Below are positions 20,159-29,507 of a DNA stretch of 58,904 bases, piece after piece; position 1 is the first letter of the stretch, and every line of letters begins with the position of its first letter. The notes under the pieces were generated by a model, which saw only the letters and a program-made list of their open reading frames with translations, did no database searches and was not told the origin of the DNA. The position numbers were made by a program, and so were the translations under genes. The DNA comes from Vicinamibacterales bacterium (GTDB lineage Bacteria; Acidobacteriota; Vicinamibacteria; Vicinamibacterales; SCN-69-37), in the NCBI GenBank assembly GCA_046598935.1, contig JBKJHW010000071.1:1-58904 (forward strand), read 5' to 3'.

Positions 20159-20530
20159 ATGAAATTTCTTTCTGTCGTCGCGCGTATCTCGCTCTGCTAC
20201 GACCTCGCGGTCGGGATCGTGATGCTCGCGGCGACAAATGTTCTGGCCTCGGTGTTCGGCGTTCCCCCGCCCGTACCGATCCTCTTCGCGAAACTCCTCG
20301 GTATCTTCCTGATCTGCGTCGGGCTCGGCTACATCGCGCCCATGCGCGATCCGCGCGCGCATCGCGCCTATCTGTGGATTTTCGGGCCTGTGCTGAAGGG
20401 CGCCGGCGCGATCGCCTTCATCGCCGACTACCTCATCAACGGCTCGCCGCGCGCGTTTCTGCTCTTCGCCGCAAGCGACGCGACGCTGGCCGCCGTTACG
20501 TTGTGGGGCCTGCTTCGACTTTCAAAATGA
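20159..20530 (+). CDS. Small polytopic membrane protein, function unknown
   Basis: 123 aa with about 4 hydrophobic segments and no recognisable motif. Confidence 0.4.
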   Translation: MKFLSVVARISLCYDLAVGIVMLAATNVLASVFGVPPPVPILFAKLLGIFLICVGLGYIAPMRDPRAHRAYLWIFGPVLKGAGAIAFIADYLINGSPRAFLLFAASDATLAAVTLWGLLRLSK

Positions 20531-21028
20531 TGCGGCGGCTTTCGGCAGAATTTTCCGCTCGACCGTAAGCTCGACGAGCTTCGCGATCCGTCCGCCGACT
20601 TTTCCGAAAACCTTCATCGTGAAGTCGCGGAAACCTGAATGGCTGAACGTCTCCGCGCGCGACACCTCGGGTGTGTAGCCGAAGTTCGCTCTCAGCAGCA
20701 CGGACTCACTGGTGGCACCGGGCGCGAGGTCCCGGGCCACGAGATGCTGCACGATCATCTCGTCCTTCATCCCGTCGTCGCCCACAACCCAGTAGGACGC
20801 CGAAATCTGAAAACCTGAAAGCGCGCGATCGCCCGTGTTCTTGACGTAGAGGATCGCCTGCGGCACGAGCTTCGTCTTGCCGTTGACAATGCCCATGTCG
20901 TAGTAGCCGGTCTTGATATCGACGAGCTCAACGGATTTGGCGAGGTCGACTTCGGGGCCGCAGGCCGACGAGCCGGTAAGGGCCAGTGCGAGCGCGGCGA
21001 CGGCGAGCGACGTTGTCAGGAAACGCAT
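20522..21028 (-). CDS. Lipoprotein, function unknown (last gene of the ECF module)
   Basis: Lipobox LTGSSACG. No recognisable catalytic motif. Confidence 0.4.
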   Translation of the reverse strand: MRFLTTSLAVAALALALTGSSACGPEVDLAKSVELVDIKTGYYDMGIVNGKTKLVPQAILYVKNTGDRALSGFQISASYWVVGDDGMKDEMIVQHLVARDLAPGATSESVLLRANFGYTPEVSRAETFSHSGFRDFTMKVFGKVGGRIAKLVELTVERKILPKAAASF

Positions 21029-21047
21029 TCCCGAATTCTAAACGGGG

Positions 21048-21749
21048 TTAGCGCTGTTCTTGACGGATCTTGATGCGCTTCTTCGCTTCGTCGCGCGTGA
21101 TCTTGGTCTGGCGGAACAGCGTCAGGTCCTCGCCGGTGATCTGCATGACCAGCGCGACGGTGTCGTCCATCGACGAGGGCGTGTCCGGCGAGCGAACCCC
21201 GACCGTCAGCCATTCAGCCGCCTTGAGCGGGATCTGACCGTAGTCGAGCATCGCGTCCATCAGTGCTTCGCGAATGATGCGGCGATAGTCGTCGCGCGTG
21301 ACCGTCGTCTGGGCCGGCTGCGCGATCAGGCTGTTTGCGCTGGCTGACTGGCCGCTGGTGTTCCCGACCGGACGATTCGGGTCCTGCCTGGGCGCGGGCC
21401 GCTGGAGTTGCGCGTACAAGTCGATGGTCGCCCAGTACAGCTCGGGCACCTCGACGTCGAAGAACCAGCCGTGATTTTCCACCGCGTAGCCGTGCGCGTG
21501 CGGCACACCGCCGACGAGCGTGAGCCCCGGCGCGGTCTCCGCCGCTTTTTGCGCGATCTGCTCGACGCCGCTTCTCACGGCCGTGACGAACACGTTCTCC
21601 ATCGTCCGGACCTGCACACGGACGCTGGGCGACATCGGCGCGTTGGTCTGCGGAGTCTGGGCCAGGGCCGTTCCAGCAGACGCGGCGATCGCCGCAGCGA
21701 CACACAAAGTAAAAGCGTTCACGTTGCTACTCCTTTTCCTTGTCCGCAC
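21048..21749 (-). CDS. Secreted protein, function unknown
   Basis: Signal peptide MRTRKRSSNVNAFTLCVAAAIAASAGTALAQ. An alternative GTG start at 21722 has GGAG 7 nt upstream. Confidence 0.4.
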   Translation of the reverse strand: MRTRKRSSNVNAFTLCVAAAIAASAGTALAQTPQTNAPMSPSVRVQVRTMENVFVTAVRSGVEQIAQKAAETAPGLTLVGGVPHAHGYAVENHGWFFDVEVPELYWATIDLYAQLQRPAPRQDPNRPVGNTSGQSASANSLIAQPAQTTVTRDDYRRIIREALMDAMLDYGQIPLKAAEWLTVGVRSPDTPSSMDDTVALVMQITGEDLTLFRQTKITRDEAKKRIKIRQEQR

Positions 21750-22464
21750 CGCGCGTATTCATCACGCGGAGGATATTGCTGTTGATTTGTTCCTGCGTGT
21801 CGGCGATCTGCTGCAGCAACATCGCGTTGTCTGCCTTACGCTGTCGTCCAAGATCCGAAATGATGCTCATGATTCTCTGCGTCGTCCCCTGCGTCACGCG
21901 CCCTTCGCTCTCCCGAATGAGCTGTTCGACGCGCGCCAGCATCGCGGCATCCGACGACGCAGACAATGCAACCGGCGCGGCTGAAACGGCGCGACCGGAC
22001 GCCGCGCGCTCGAGCTCGCCGAGACGCGCCTGAATCGCGCGCAGATCTTCGAGCGAAGCTGCGGGCGTCGTGTCCATGGCCGCGCGCTCCGCAGTTGCAG
22101 GAGGGGCCGTAGCGGCAGGCTGAGCCGCGGCCAGTGGCGCACGCGCCGTCGTCCGCGCGGCGAGCGCGCGGCCGGCGAAGCCACCGGCGCCGCCGACCGC
22201 GAACACGATCGCCGCGGCCGCAGCCAGCGACCAGGCAGGCACCTGGCGCCAGAGCGGCTGAGGTCGCGCGGAGACGAACGGCTTCCACACGGACTCGTGC
22301 GGCGGCACATCGAACGCGAGCAGATCCTCGCGGACGCCACGAAACGCGCGCAGTTCCTCGCGGCACGTCTCGCACGTGGACAAATGCATCTCTACATCAC
22401 GACGCTCGCTGGCGTCGGCTTCGTCGTAGAGATACCCGATCAGTTTTTCCCGTTCATCGCACAT
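21727..22464 (-). CDS. Membrane anti-sigma factor (zf-HC2 / ZAS type) with periplasmic coiled-coil tail
   Basis: N-terminal HLSTCETCREEL (HxxxCxxC), one TM (WSLAAAAAIVFAVGGAGGF). Lies directly downstream of the ECF sigma. Confidence 0.65.
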   Translation of the reverse strand: MCDEREKLIGYLYDEADASERRDVEMHLSTCETCREELRAFRGVREDLLAFDVPPHESVWKPFVSARPQPLWRQVPAWSLAAAAAIVFAVGGAGGFAGRALAARTTARAPLAAAQPAATAPPATAERAAMDTTPAASLEDLRAIQARLGELERAASGRAVSAAPVALSASSDAAMLARVEQLIRESEGRVTQGTTQRIMSIISDLGRQRKADNAMLLQQIADTQEQINSNILRVMNTRGADKEKE

Positions 22465-22479
22465 ATGTATGACCTTCGT

Positions 22480-23097
22480 TTAACGCGACCCTTGCCAACT
22501 CGCGCGCCGCAAGCTGGCTTCATCGGCCTGCTGGCGCTCCAGGCGCCGTCGCAGAACCGTCAATCCCTGATACAGACGCGTCTTGACCGTGCTCAATGGG
22601 CAGTCAAGCGCCTCGGCAATTTCCTGAAACGTCAGGCCGTGAAACTCCTTCATGAGAATCGCGGTGCGCTGCTCTTCGGGCAGCTCGGCCATCGCCTTCT
22701 GCACGGCCGCCGTCATCTCACGGCGCGCAACCAGGACCTCGACCGACTCGGCCGGCGATGGGATCTGCTCCGCGAGATCGGTGGCGTCATCGCCTTCCGG
22801 CACCTGCACGAGCGGCGCCCGGCGGTTCCGGCGCATCCAGTCGCGGCACAGATTCAACGTGATCCGGTAGAGCCAGGAAGAGAATTTTGCTTGCCCTTTG
22901 AACCCTTTGAGACCGCGGAACGCCCGGAGAAACGACTCCTGGACCACGTCCCGGGCGTCGTCTTCCCGCCCGAGAGTCCGGTACGCCAGGGCATAGATCG
23001 GCCGCTCCCAGCGGATCACCAGCTGGTTGAAACTCTCCTGATCCCCGGCCTGCGCGCGGGAAACCAGCTCTTCATCTGTTACCGGCGTCGCACTCAC
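22480..23097 (-). CDS. ECF-type RNA polymerase sigma-70 family factor
   Basis: Sigma2 (DARDVVQESFLRAFRGL..SWLYRITLNLCRDW) and sigma4 (LTFQEIAEALDCPLSTVKTRLYQG) regions. Confidence 0.85.
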   Translation of the reverse strand: MSATPVTDEELVSRAQAGDQESFNQLVIRWERPIYALAYRTLGREDDARDVVQESFLRAFRGLKGFKGQAKFSSWLYRITLNLCRDWMRRNRRAPLVQVPEGDDATDLAEQIPSPAESVEVLVARREMTAAVQKAMAELPEEQRTAILMKEFHGLTFQEIAEALDCPLSTVKTRLYQGLTVLRRRLERQQADEASLRRASWQGSR

Positions 23098-23233
23098 ACG
23101 TCTCTCGAGTCCCGTCCCCCAAGCCCGGCCCGTTGGCTTCTGACGGATAAGACGCCTCGGTCTGTGGGACAGTCGGTACTATAGTGCTATCCTTTTTGCT
23201 GCCGGAGGCGGTCTTGGCCGTCTTCAAGCCGAC

Positions 23234-23836
23234 ATGAGCGACGAAAACTTTCTCACGACGGAAGAGGTCCTGGATTACCTCCAGGTCAACCTCAGAACCG
23301 TCTATCGCCTGATCAAAGCGGGAAAGATCCCCGCCGTCCGGGTCGGCCGGCAATGGCGCTTCCGAAAACGGGATATCGACGCGTGGCTCGAATCGAGCCG
23401 GCCGGGTCCAGGCGGCGCGCTGCTCGGCGACGACGGCGCAGGCGGCGAACGCCCGCGCATCCTCGTCGTCGATGACGAACAGGCCGTTCGTGATCTTTTG
23501 TCAAAAACGCTGACGATGGCCGACTACGACGTCGACGCGGCCGACGACGGCCCGTCCGCGCTCGAAAAGATGCGCGCCGTGGAATACGACCTGCTCATCA
23601 CGGACTTGAAGATGCCGGGCATGGACGGATTGTCGGTGATTCGCGAAGCGCGCAAAGTCGCGCCCGATCTCCGCGTCATCATCATCACCGGCTACTCCAC
23701 TGAAGCGAGCGCGATCGAAGCGATCAACCTCGGCGTGTCGGGCTACCTCACCAAGCCCTTTCGCCTTCCGCGAATTCTTGCCGCGGCCGCGCGTGCACTT
23801 GGCGAACCTGTTCCAACCGCCGACGGCGCTGCTTAA
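23234..23836 (+). CDS. Response regulator with N-terminal excisionase/MerR-type HTH and C-terminal receiver domain
   Basis: TTEEVLDYLQVNLRTVYRLIKAGKIPAVRVGRQWRFRKRDIDAWL, followed by ILVVDDE..LLITDLKMPGMDG..YLTKP. Confidence 0.8.
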   Translation: MSDENFLTTEEVLDYLQVNLRTVYRLIKAGKIPAVRVGRQWRFRKRDIDAWLESSRPGPGGALLGDDGAGGERPRILVVDDEQAVRDLLSKTLTMADYDVDAADDGPSALEKMRAVEYDLLITDLKMPGMDGLSVIREARKVAPDLRVIIITGYSTEASAIEAINLGVSGYLTKPFRLPRILAAAARALGEPVPTADGAA

Positions 23837-23842
23837 CGTTCG

Positions 23843-25837
23843 TTGATTCAGCTTTCCGGCCTAACTAAGTCCTTCGGCGAGCGCATTCTGCTCGACGACG
23901 TGTCGTGGCAGGTGACCGACGGCGAGCGCGTCGGCCTGTGCGGACCGAACGGCGCCGGCAAAACCACGCTGCTGAAGCTGCTGGCGGGTTTTGACGACCC
24001 CGACATGGGGTTGATCGTCAAGCCGACAGGCACGACGGTCGGATACCTGCCGCAGGACGGCCTGCATCATCACGGGCGCACACTCTTCAACGAAGTCGCG
24101 CTCGCGTTCGAATCGTTGATCGACGCGCAAAAAGAAATCGGGCGCATCGAACACGCGCTCGCCGACCCGGCGCTGCCCGACGGCGAACACGAAACGCTGC
24201 TCGTGAAATACCACGACCTCAGCGAGCAGTTCCGCCGCGAGGAAGGGTTCAGCATCGAGCTGAAAGTCGCGCAGGTGCTGCACGGTCTCGGATTTTCGAA
24301 AGCGGATTTCGAAAAACCGACTGGGGCGTTCTCCGGCGGATGGCAGATGCGTATCGCGCTCGCCAAGCTGCTGCTCGGCCGGCCGACGCTGCTCCTGCTC
24401 GACGAACCGACAAACCACCTGGATCTCGACGCGCGCAACTGGCTCGAGGAATATCTCGTGTCGTATCCGCACGCCGTGATTCTGGTGTCGCACGACCGGT
24501 TCTTTCTCGACGCGGTCGTCACGAAGATCGCCGACCTCGCGTTGCGCACGATCACCGATTACCACGGGACATATTCCAAATATCTCGTCGAGCGCGAAGC
24601 GCGAATGGATCGCCTGCGCGCTGCGAAGAAGGACCAGGACGATGAGGTCGCGCGGATCAGGGCGTTCGTGGACCGGTTCCGCTACCAGGCGACCAAAGCC
24701 GCGCAGGTTCAGAGCCGCATCAAAATGCTCGACAAGATCGTGCCGATCGACGTGCCGCCCGAGCGCAAGCGCGTGCGATTCACGTTCCCGCCCTGCCCGA
24801 AAAGCGGCCGCGTCGTCCTCGAACTGAAACACGCGCGGAAGGCGTACGGCAGCAACGTCGTGCTGGATAACGTCTCGCTTCATGTCGAGCGCGGCGACCG
24901 CATTGCGCTCGTCGCGCCGAACGGCGCGGGCAAATCGACGTTGATGCGATTGCTCTCCGGAGCCGAAGAGCCCGACAGCGGCGAACGCACGCTCGGTCAT
25001 CAGGTGGTGATGGATTATTTTGCGCAGGACGAAGCGGATCGTCTGGATCAGACAAAGACCGTCTATCAGACGCTCGAGGCGGACTCGCCCCTCGGCATGG
25101 TCCCGATGATCCGCAACATCCTGGGCGGATTCCTGTTCGAAGGCGACGACATCACAAAGAAAGTCGGCGTGCTTTCAGGCGGCGAGCGCACGCGGCTGGC
25201 CGTGGCCCGAATGCTGCTGCGCCCGGCGAACACGTTGCTCCTGGACGAGCCGACGAACCATCTCGATCTCGACTCGAAGGACGTGCTCCTCGACGCGATC
25301 GAAGATTTCGGCGGCACGCTGATTTTTGTTTCACACGACCGCTACTTCGTCGATCGCCTCGCCACCAAAGTGATCGTCGTCACCAACGGCGGCATCGAGA
25401 TCTATCCGGGGCGATATGAAGAGTATCTGTGGAGCAAGGAACAGCGCGCCAGGAAGGCAGAAGCCACAAGTCAGAAGTCACAAGTTCAAGCAAAGCCCGG
25501 CACTCGAGCACCGGAGCACCAGCGGCACCCGCAGCACGAGCGCACCAGCGCACCGGCCGCGGCAACGTCGCGCGACGCGAAGAAATCGCAGGACGCTGAA
25601 GCGCGAAAAAAACAACGCGCTGACGAACAGCGAGCCCGGCGAGTCGCCGACCTCGAAGCGCGCATCGCCAAGGCCGAAACTGCGATCAAGGACACCGAAA
25701 CTGCAATGTCGGCCCCGGGCTTCTACGACGACCGCGAGGCGGCGAAAACGGTCATCGATCGGCATCAGGCTCTGATGTGGGAGGTCCGGGACCTCATGGA
25801 GCAGTGGGAACAGCTTCAGAAAATTACAAACTTGTAA
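23843..25837 (+). CDS. ABC-F family ATPase (two ABC cassettes, Uup-like charged coiled-coil C-terminus)
   Basis: Two Walker A motifs (GPNGAGKTT, APNGAGKST), two LSGG signatures and no TM segment. TTG start. Confidence 0.9.
   Translation: MIQLSGLTKSFGERILLDDVSWQVTDGERVGLCGPNGAGKTTLLKLLAGFDDPDMGLIVKPTGTTVGYLPQDGLHHHGRTLFNEVALAFESLIDAQKEIGRIEHALADPALPDGEHETLLVKYHDLSEQFRREEGFSIELKVAQVLHGLGFSKADFEKPTGAFSGGWQMRIALAKLLLGRPTLLLLDEPTNHLDLDARNWLEEYLVSYPHAVILVSHDRFFLDAVVTKIADLALRTITDYHGTYSKYLVEREARMDRLRAAKKDQDDEVARIRAFVDRFRYQATKAAQVQSRIKMLDKIVPIDVPPERKRVRFTFPPCPKSGRVVLELKHARKAYGSNVVLDNVSLHVERGDRIALVAPNGAGKSTLMRLLSGAEEPDSGERTLGHQVVMDYFAQDEADRLDQTKTVYQTLEADSPLGMVPMIRNILGGFLFEGDDITKKVGVLSGGERTRLAVARMLLRPANTLLLDEPTNHLDLDSKDVLLDAIEDFGGTLIFVSHDRYFVDRLATKVIVVTNGGIEIYPGRYEEYLWSKEQRARKAEATSQKSQVQAKPGTRAPEHQRHPQHERTSAPAAATSRDAKKSQDAEARKKQRADEQRARRVADLEARIAKAETAIKDTETAMSAPGFYDDREAAKTVIDRHQALMWEVRDLMEQWEQLQKITNL
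25456..25490 (+). repeat. Five tandem degenerate heptads GGCAGAA|GCCACAA|GTCAGAA|GTCACAA|GTTCAAG inside ABC-F
   Basis: Read directly; encodes ..KAEATSQKSQVQAK... A GCACC-rich simple tract follows to about 25556. Confidence 0.6.
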
Positions 25838-25960
25838 TGTCTGACTAATTCTGTAAGCTGTCGAGAGCTCCGGCGGCGTCGCCAAATCTCCTCACGCACA
25901 GAATCGTCGGTCGCTTGCCCAGTCAATAGTGGGTACGGCCCTTGCGAGGGAGAGGTCCAA

Positions 25961-27157
25961 ATGCCGCGGACGCAAACGGCCAAGGTGTCTTCTCCCGCCA
26001 CCAATCGGCGCCCTGCAAAGGTCGACGACACTTTTTACCGGCACCTCGTGTCGTCTTTACGCACGGGTGTGCTCGCTATCACGCGCGACGGTCTCATTGC
26101 GGTCATCAACGACATCGCCTACCGCTCCCTCGGCCTCAGCCCGCGCGCGGGCGACTTGGGCCGTCACTTCACAGAAGTGCTCGGCAATTGCCCGGAAGTG
26201 ATCAGCATTCTCCAGTCGGCGTTCGACACCGACGATCTGCCCAATCGCGCTGAAATGCGGCTGCGTCATACCGGCAAGTCGATTGGCTACTCGCTCTCGC
26301 GTATTCATGACGACCATGGCCACGCGCACGGCGCCACCCTGTTTTTCAAGGACCTGACGCAGGTCGAGCAGCTCGAAGAGCGCGAGCGACTCCGCGACCG
26401 GCTCGCGACCCTCGGCGAGATGGCCGCCGCGATCGCGCACGAGGTCAAGAATCCGCTCGCGAGCATCGAGGTCATGGCCGGCGTTCTTCGCCGTCAGTTC
26501 CGCGATACCGACGACGCCCGCGAACAGCTCGACGACATCATCAAAGAAGCCAGGATGGCCAATGCCATCGTCGTCGAGGTGCTCGAGTACGTTCGCCCGG
26601 TCCAGCTCCAGCCGGAGCGCGTGCGGCTCGACGATGTGCTGACGGAATCGCTGTCGATCGCGGAAGGCAAGATCCCGCGCGGCGGCATTCAATTCAGCAT
26701 CGCCATCAATCCGGATGTGCCCGACATCACTGCTGACGCGCACCAGCTGCGCCAGTTGTTCGCGAACCTGATCGCCAACGCGTTCGAAGCGATGAACGGC
26801 ACAGGCCGCGTCTCGATCCGCGCGACGCTGATCCAGGGCGATGTCGAGCCGCTCGACGGCACGCACGCGCTGCCGGCGTCCGTGCGTATTGAGCTCAAAG
26901 ACGACGGGCCCGGAATTTCCGCAGACGATCTCGAACGGATCTTCAGCCCGTTCTTCACCACGAAACCGCAAGGCACCGGCCTGGGTCTCGCGATCGTTCG
27001 CAAGATGGTCAACGCGCACGACGGGCGCATTCACGCTGCCTCCGCGCTTGGCCGCGGAACCACTTTTACTGTGACATTGCCGGTGTCACCGACGCGGCAC
27101 TATCCGCTGTTGATGGACACCATGGAGACAAAAGATGGGCCGAATTCTCGTCGTTGA
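25961..27157 (+). CDS. Cytoplasmic sensor histidine kinase (PAS, HisKA, HATPase_c; NtrB/AtoS-like)
   Basis: H-box AAAIAHEVKNPL, N-box LFANLIANAFEAM, G-boxes DDGPGI and GTGLGL. No TM segment. Confidence 0.85.
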   Translation: MPRTQTAKVSSPATNRRPAKVDDTFYRHLVSSLRTGVLAITRDGLIAVINDIAYRSLGLSPRAGDLGRHFTEVLGNCPEVISILQSAFDTDDLPNRAEMRLRHTGKSIGYSLSRIHDDHGHAHGATLFFKDLTQVEQLEERERLRDRLATLGEMAAAIAHEVKNPLASIEVMAGVLRRQFRDTDDAREQLDDIIKEARMANAIVVEVLEYVRPVQLQPERVRLDDVLTESLSIAEGKIPRGGIQFSIAINPDVPDITADAHQLRQLFANLIANAFEAMNGTGRVSIRATLIQGDVEPLDGTHALPASVRIELKDDGPGISADDLERIFSPFFTTKPQGTGLGLAIVRKMVNAHDGRIHAASALGRGTTFTVTLPVSPTRHYPLLMDTMETKDGPNSRR

Positions 27158-28532
27158 TGATCATGATTCCCTGCGCAAGGGCCTGGTGCGCGCGCTTGGC
27201 AATGCCGGCCACGATGTCGAAGAGGCCGCCAACGGTACGGTGGCGATTGAACGACTCCAGGACAGCCAGTTCGACGTCGTGCTGACCGACCTGAAGATGG
27301 GCGGCGCCGACGGCATGGACGTTCTGCGCACGGCCCGCAAGCTGCAGCCGAACGCGGCGGTCATTCTGATGACCGCGTTCGGCTCGATCCACACGGCCGT
27401 CGAGGCGATGAAAATCGGCGCCGTCGATTTCGTCCAGAAGCCGTTCGAGATCGAGGAGATGGAACTGAAGATCGAGAAGGCGATTGAAATCCGCCATCTC
27501 AAATATCAGGTGGATTACCTGCGTCAGGGGCAGCAGGACATCTACGATTTCGACCGCATCGTCGGCGCGAGCGGCGCGCTGGGGCACGTGCTGGGCATCG
27601 TGAAGAAGGTGGCGCGCAGCAATTCCACGGTGCTGATCCGCGGCGAAACGGGCACAGGTAAGGAGCTCATCGCCGGCGCGATCCATCACAACTCGCTTCG
27701 CGCGACCAAGACATTCGACAAGGTGAACTGCGCGGCGCTGCAGGAGAACCTGCTCGAATCCGAACTCTTCGGTCACGAAAAGGGCGCCTTCACGAGCGCC
27801 GACAAGCAGCGGATCGGCCGGTTCGAACAGGCTGACGGCGGCACGCTGTTTCTCGACGAGGTCGGCGACATGAGCCCGAACACGCAGGCCAAGATCCTGC
27901 GCGTGCTCCAGGAACATGAATTCGAACGGCTGGGCGGCACCCGCACGTTGCGCGTGGACGTGCGCATCATCGCGGCGTCAAATCGCAATCTGGCGACGAT
28001 GGTCGGCGAAGGCAAGTTCCGCGAGGACCTATTCTACCGCCTCAACGTCGTGTCCGTCGAGATGCCGCCGCTGCGCGACCGCAAGGACGACATCGGCGCG
28101 CTGGCGGAATTTTTCATCAAGCGCTTCAGCAACGAGCTGAAGAAGAAGGTGGACGGCATTCAGCCTGACGCGCTCAAAGTCATGATGCGGCACAACTGGC
28201 CCGGCAACATTCGCGAGCTCGAGAACGTCATCGAGCGCGCGGTGCTGCTCGCCGACACGCCGGTGATCGGCCTGACGGATCTTCAGATCGGCGACGCGAC
28301 GGCGTCGTCGAGCGGTGAGAAAGCGCCGTCGGTCAAGATTCCGCCGACCGGCATCCCGCTCGAGGACATCGAGCGGCAGGCCGTGGTCGAGGCCCTGCGG
28401 ATGTCGAACTGGGTGCAGAAGGACGCCGCCGAGTTGCTCTCGATCAGCCCGCGCGTGATGAACTACAAGATCAAGATCCTGAACATCGAGATCCCGCGGT
28501 CGCGCCGGCCGATGGAACCGGTCGGCGTGTAG
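27135..28532 (+). CDS. Sigma-54-dependent response regulator (REC, AAA+, Fis-type HTH; NtrC family)
   Basis: ILVVDDH..DLKMGG.DG; GETGTGKE; ESELFGHEKGAFTSA (GAFTGA variant); C-terminal HTH. Overlaps the kinase gene by 23 nt. Confidence 0.9.
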   Translation: MGRILVVDDHDSLRKGLVRALGNAGHDVEEAANGTVAIERLQDSQFDVVLTDLKMGGADGMDVLRTARKLQPNAAVILMTAFGSIHTAVEAMKIGAVDFVQKPFEIEEMELKIEKAIEIRHLKYQVDYLRQGQQDIYDFDRIVGASGALGHVLGIVKKVARSNSTVLIRGETGTGKELIAGAIHHNSLRATKTFDKVNCAALQENLLESELFGHEKGAFTSADKQRIGRFEQADGGTLFLDEVGDMSPNTQAKILRVLQEHEFERLGGTRTLRVDVRIIAASNRNLATMVGEGKFREDLFYRLNVVSVEMPPLRDRKDDIGALAEFFIKRFSNELKKKVDGIQPDALKVMMRHNWPGNIRELENVIERAVLLADTPVIGLTDLQIGDATASSSGEKAPSVKIPPTGIPLEDIERQAVVEALRMSNWVQKDAAELLSISPRVMNYKIKILNIEIPRSRRPMEPVGV

Positions 28533-29459
28533 CTATTTTATTTTCGCGCGTGGGTGCGCCTCACGATAGACGGTCATGAGGCGCCCCACGTCGAGATGCG
28601 TATAGCGCTGCGTCGTCGTGAGTTGCGCGTGTCCCAATAATTCCTGAATCGATCTCAGATCCGCGCCGGCTTGCAGCAAGTGCGTCGCAAACGTGTGCCG
28701 CAGCGCGTGCGGACTGATGCCGGTGTTGATCGACGCGGTCTTCACATGCTGACGAACGACACGATCGATGCTGCGAGTAGTCAGTCGCCCGCCACGCATG
28801 TTCAAGAAGAGCGGAGACTTTTGACTTCTGCCTTTTGCCTTTTGCCTTCCAAGTAACGCGTGATCCGCGAGTGACGCCTTGATTGCGCTCGCGGTGGACG
28901 CGTTGAATGGAATCAGCCGCTCTTTCCTGCCCTTGCCGAGAACACGAATCACCCGTCCCGAGAGATTGAGATCCTCGAGTGACGCGCCCGCGAGCTCGCT
29001 CAATCGCAAACCCGACGCGTAGAACAGCTCGAGAATCGCCCGATCGCGCCGGCCGGCGACGGTCTCGATGTCCGGCGCCGCCATCAGCGCGTCGATCTCC
29101 GCGTGGCCCAGATGCGCCGGCAGCGACTGCTCGCGCTTCGGCGTCCCCACGAGCTGTGTCGCGTCGTCTTTGAGAATCCCCTGGCGGACCAGATACTTCG
29201 AAAACGTGCGCAGCGCCGCGAGCCGCCGCGCCGCCGACGCGCGGCTCAGGCCCCGCTTGTGCAGCTCGCCGAGGAAATCACGGACGTGATCCGCATCGAG
29301 AACCTCAGGTTTGAGCTGGCTGGGCTTGAGTCCGTCGCGGGTGGCGGAATACTCGAGGAACTGCGTGACGTCCGTGTCGTAGGCGCGAATGGTGTTTGGC
29401 GAGACGTTCCGGTTGAGCTTGAGGAACGTGACAAACGCGCGACTGAGGTCTTTCAACAC
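28533..29459 (-). CDS. xerC: Tyrosine site-specific recombinase XerC/XerD family
   Basis: N-terminal SAM-like domain (NTIRAYDTDVTQF), catalytic R..HALRHTFATHLL..GH..TTQRYTH. GTG start. Sits in dprA, topA, trmFO, xerC synteny. Confidence 0.85.
   Translation of the reverse strand: MLKDLSRAFVTFLKLNRNVSPNTIRAYDTDVTQFLEYSATRDGLKPSQLKPEVLDADHVRDFLGELHKRGLSRASAARRLAALRTFSKYLVRQGILKDDATQLVGTPKREQSLPAHLGHAEIDALMAAPDIETVAGRRDRAILELFYASGLRLSELAGASLEDLNLSGRVIRVLGKGRKERLIPFNASTASAIKASLADHALLGRQKAKGRSQKSPLFLNMRGGRLTTRSIDRVVRQHVKTASINTGISPHALRHTFATHLLQAGADLRSIQELLGHAQLTTTQRYTHLDVGRLMTVYREAHPRAKIK
28820..28847. repeat. 28-nt module of four tandem heptads TTTTGAC|TTCTGCC|TTTTGCC|TTTTGCC inside xerC
   Basis: Read directly; encodes ..GRQKAKGRSQKSP.. 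on the coding (minus) strand. Confidence 0.7.
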
Positions 29460-29507
29460 AAGATCAATCTACCTTGGGGGGCCGTGGAGGACCGTGGAGA
29501 AGGCTCT

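Noticed and set aside
28533-29459. Tyrosine recombinase as a marker of an integrated mobile element.
   Set aside because: It sits in the conserved chromosomal dprA, topA, trmFO, xerC arrangement. There are no flanking att-like direct repeats, tRNA gene, or phage or plasmid genes.
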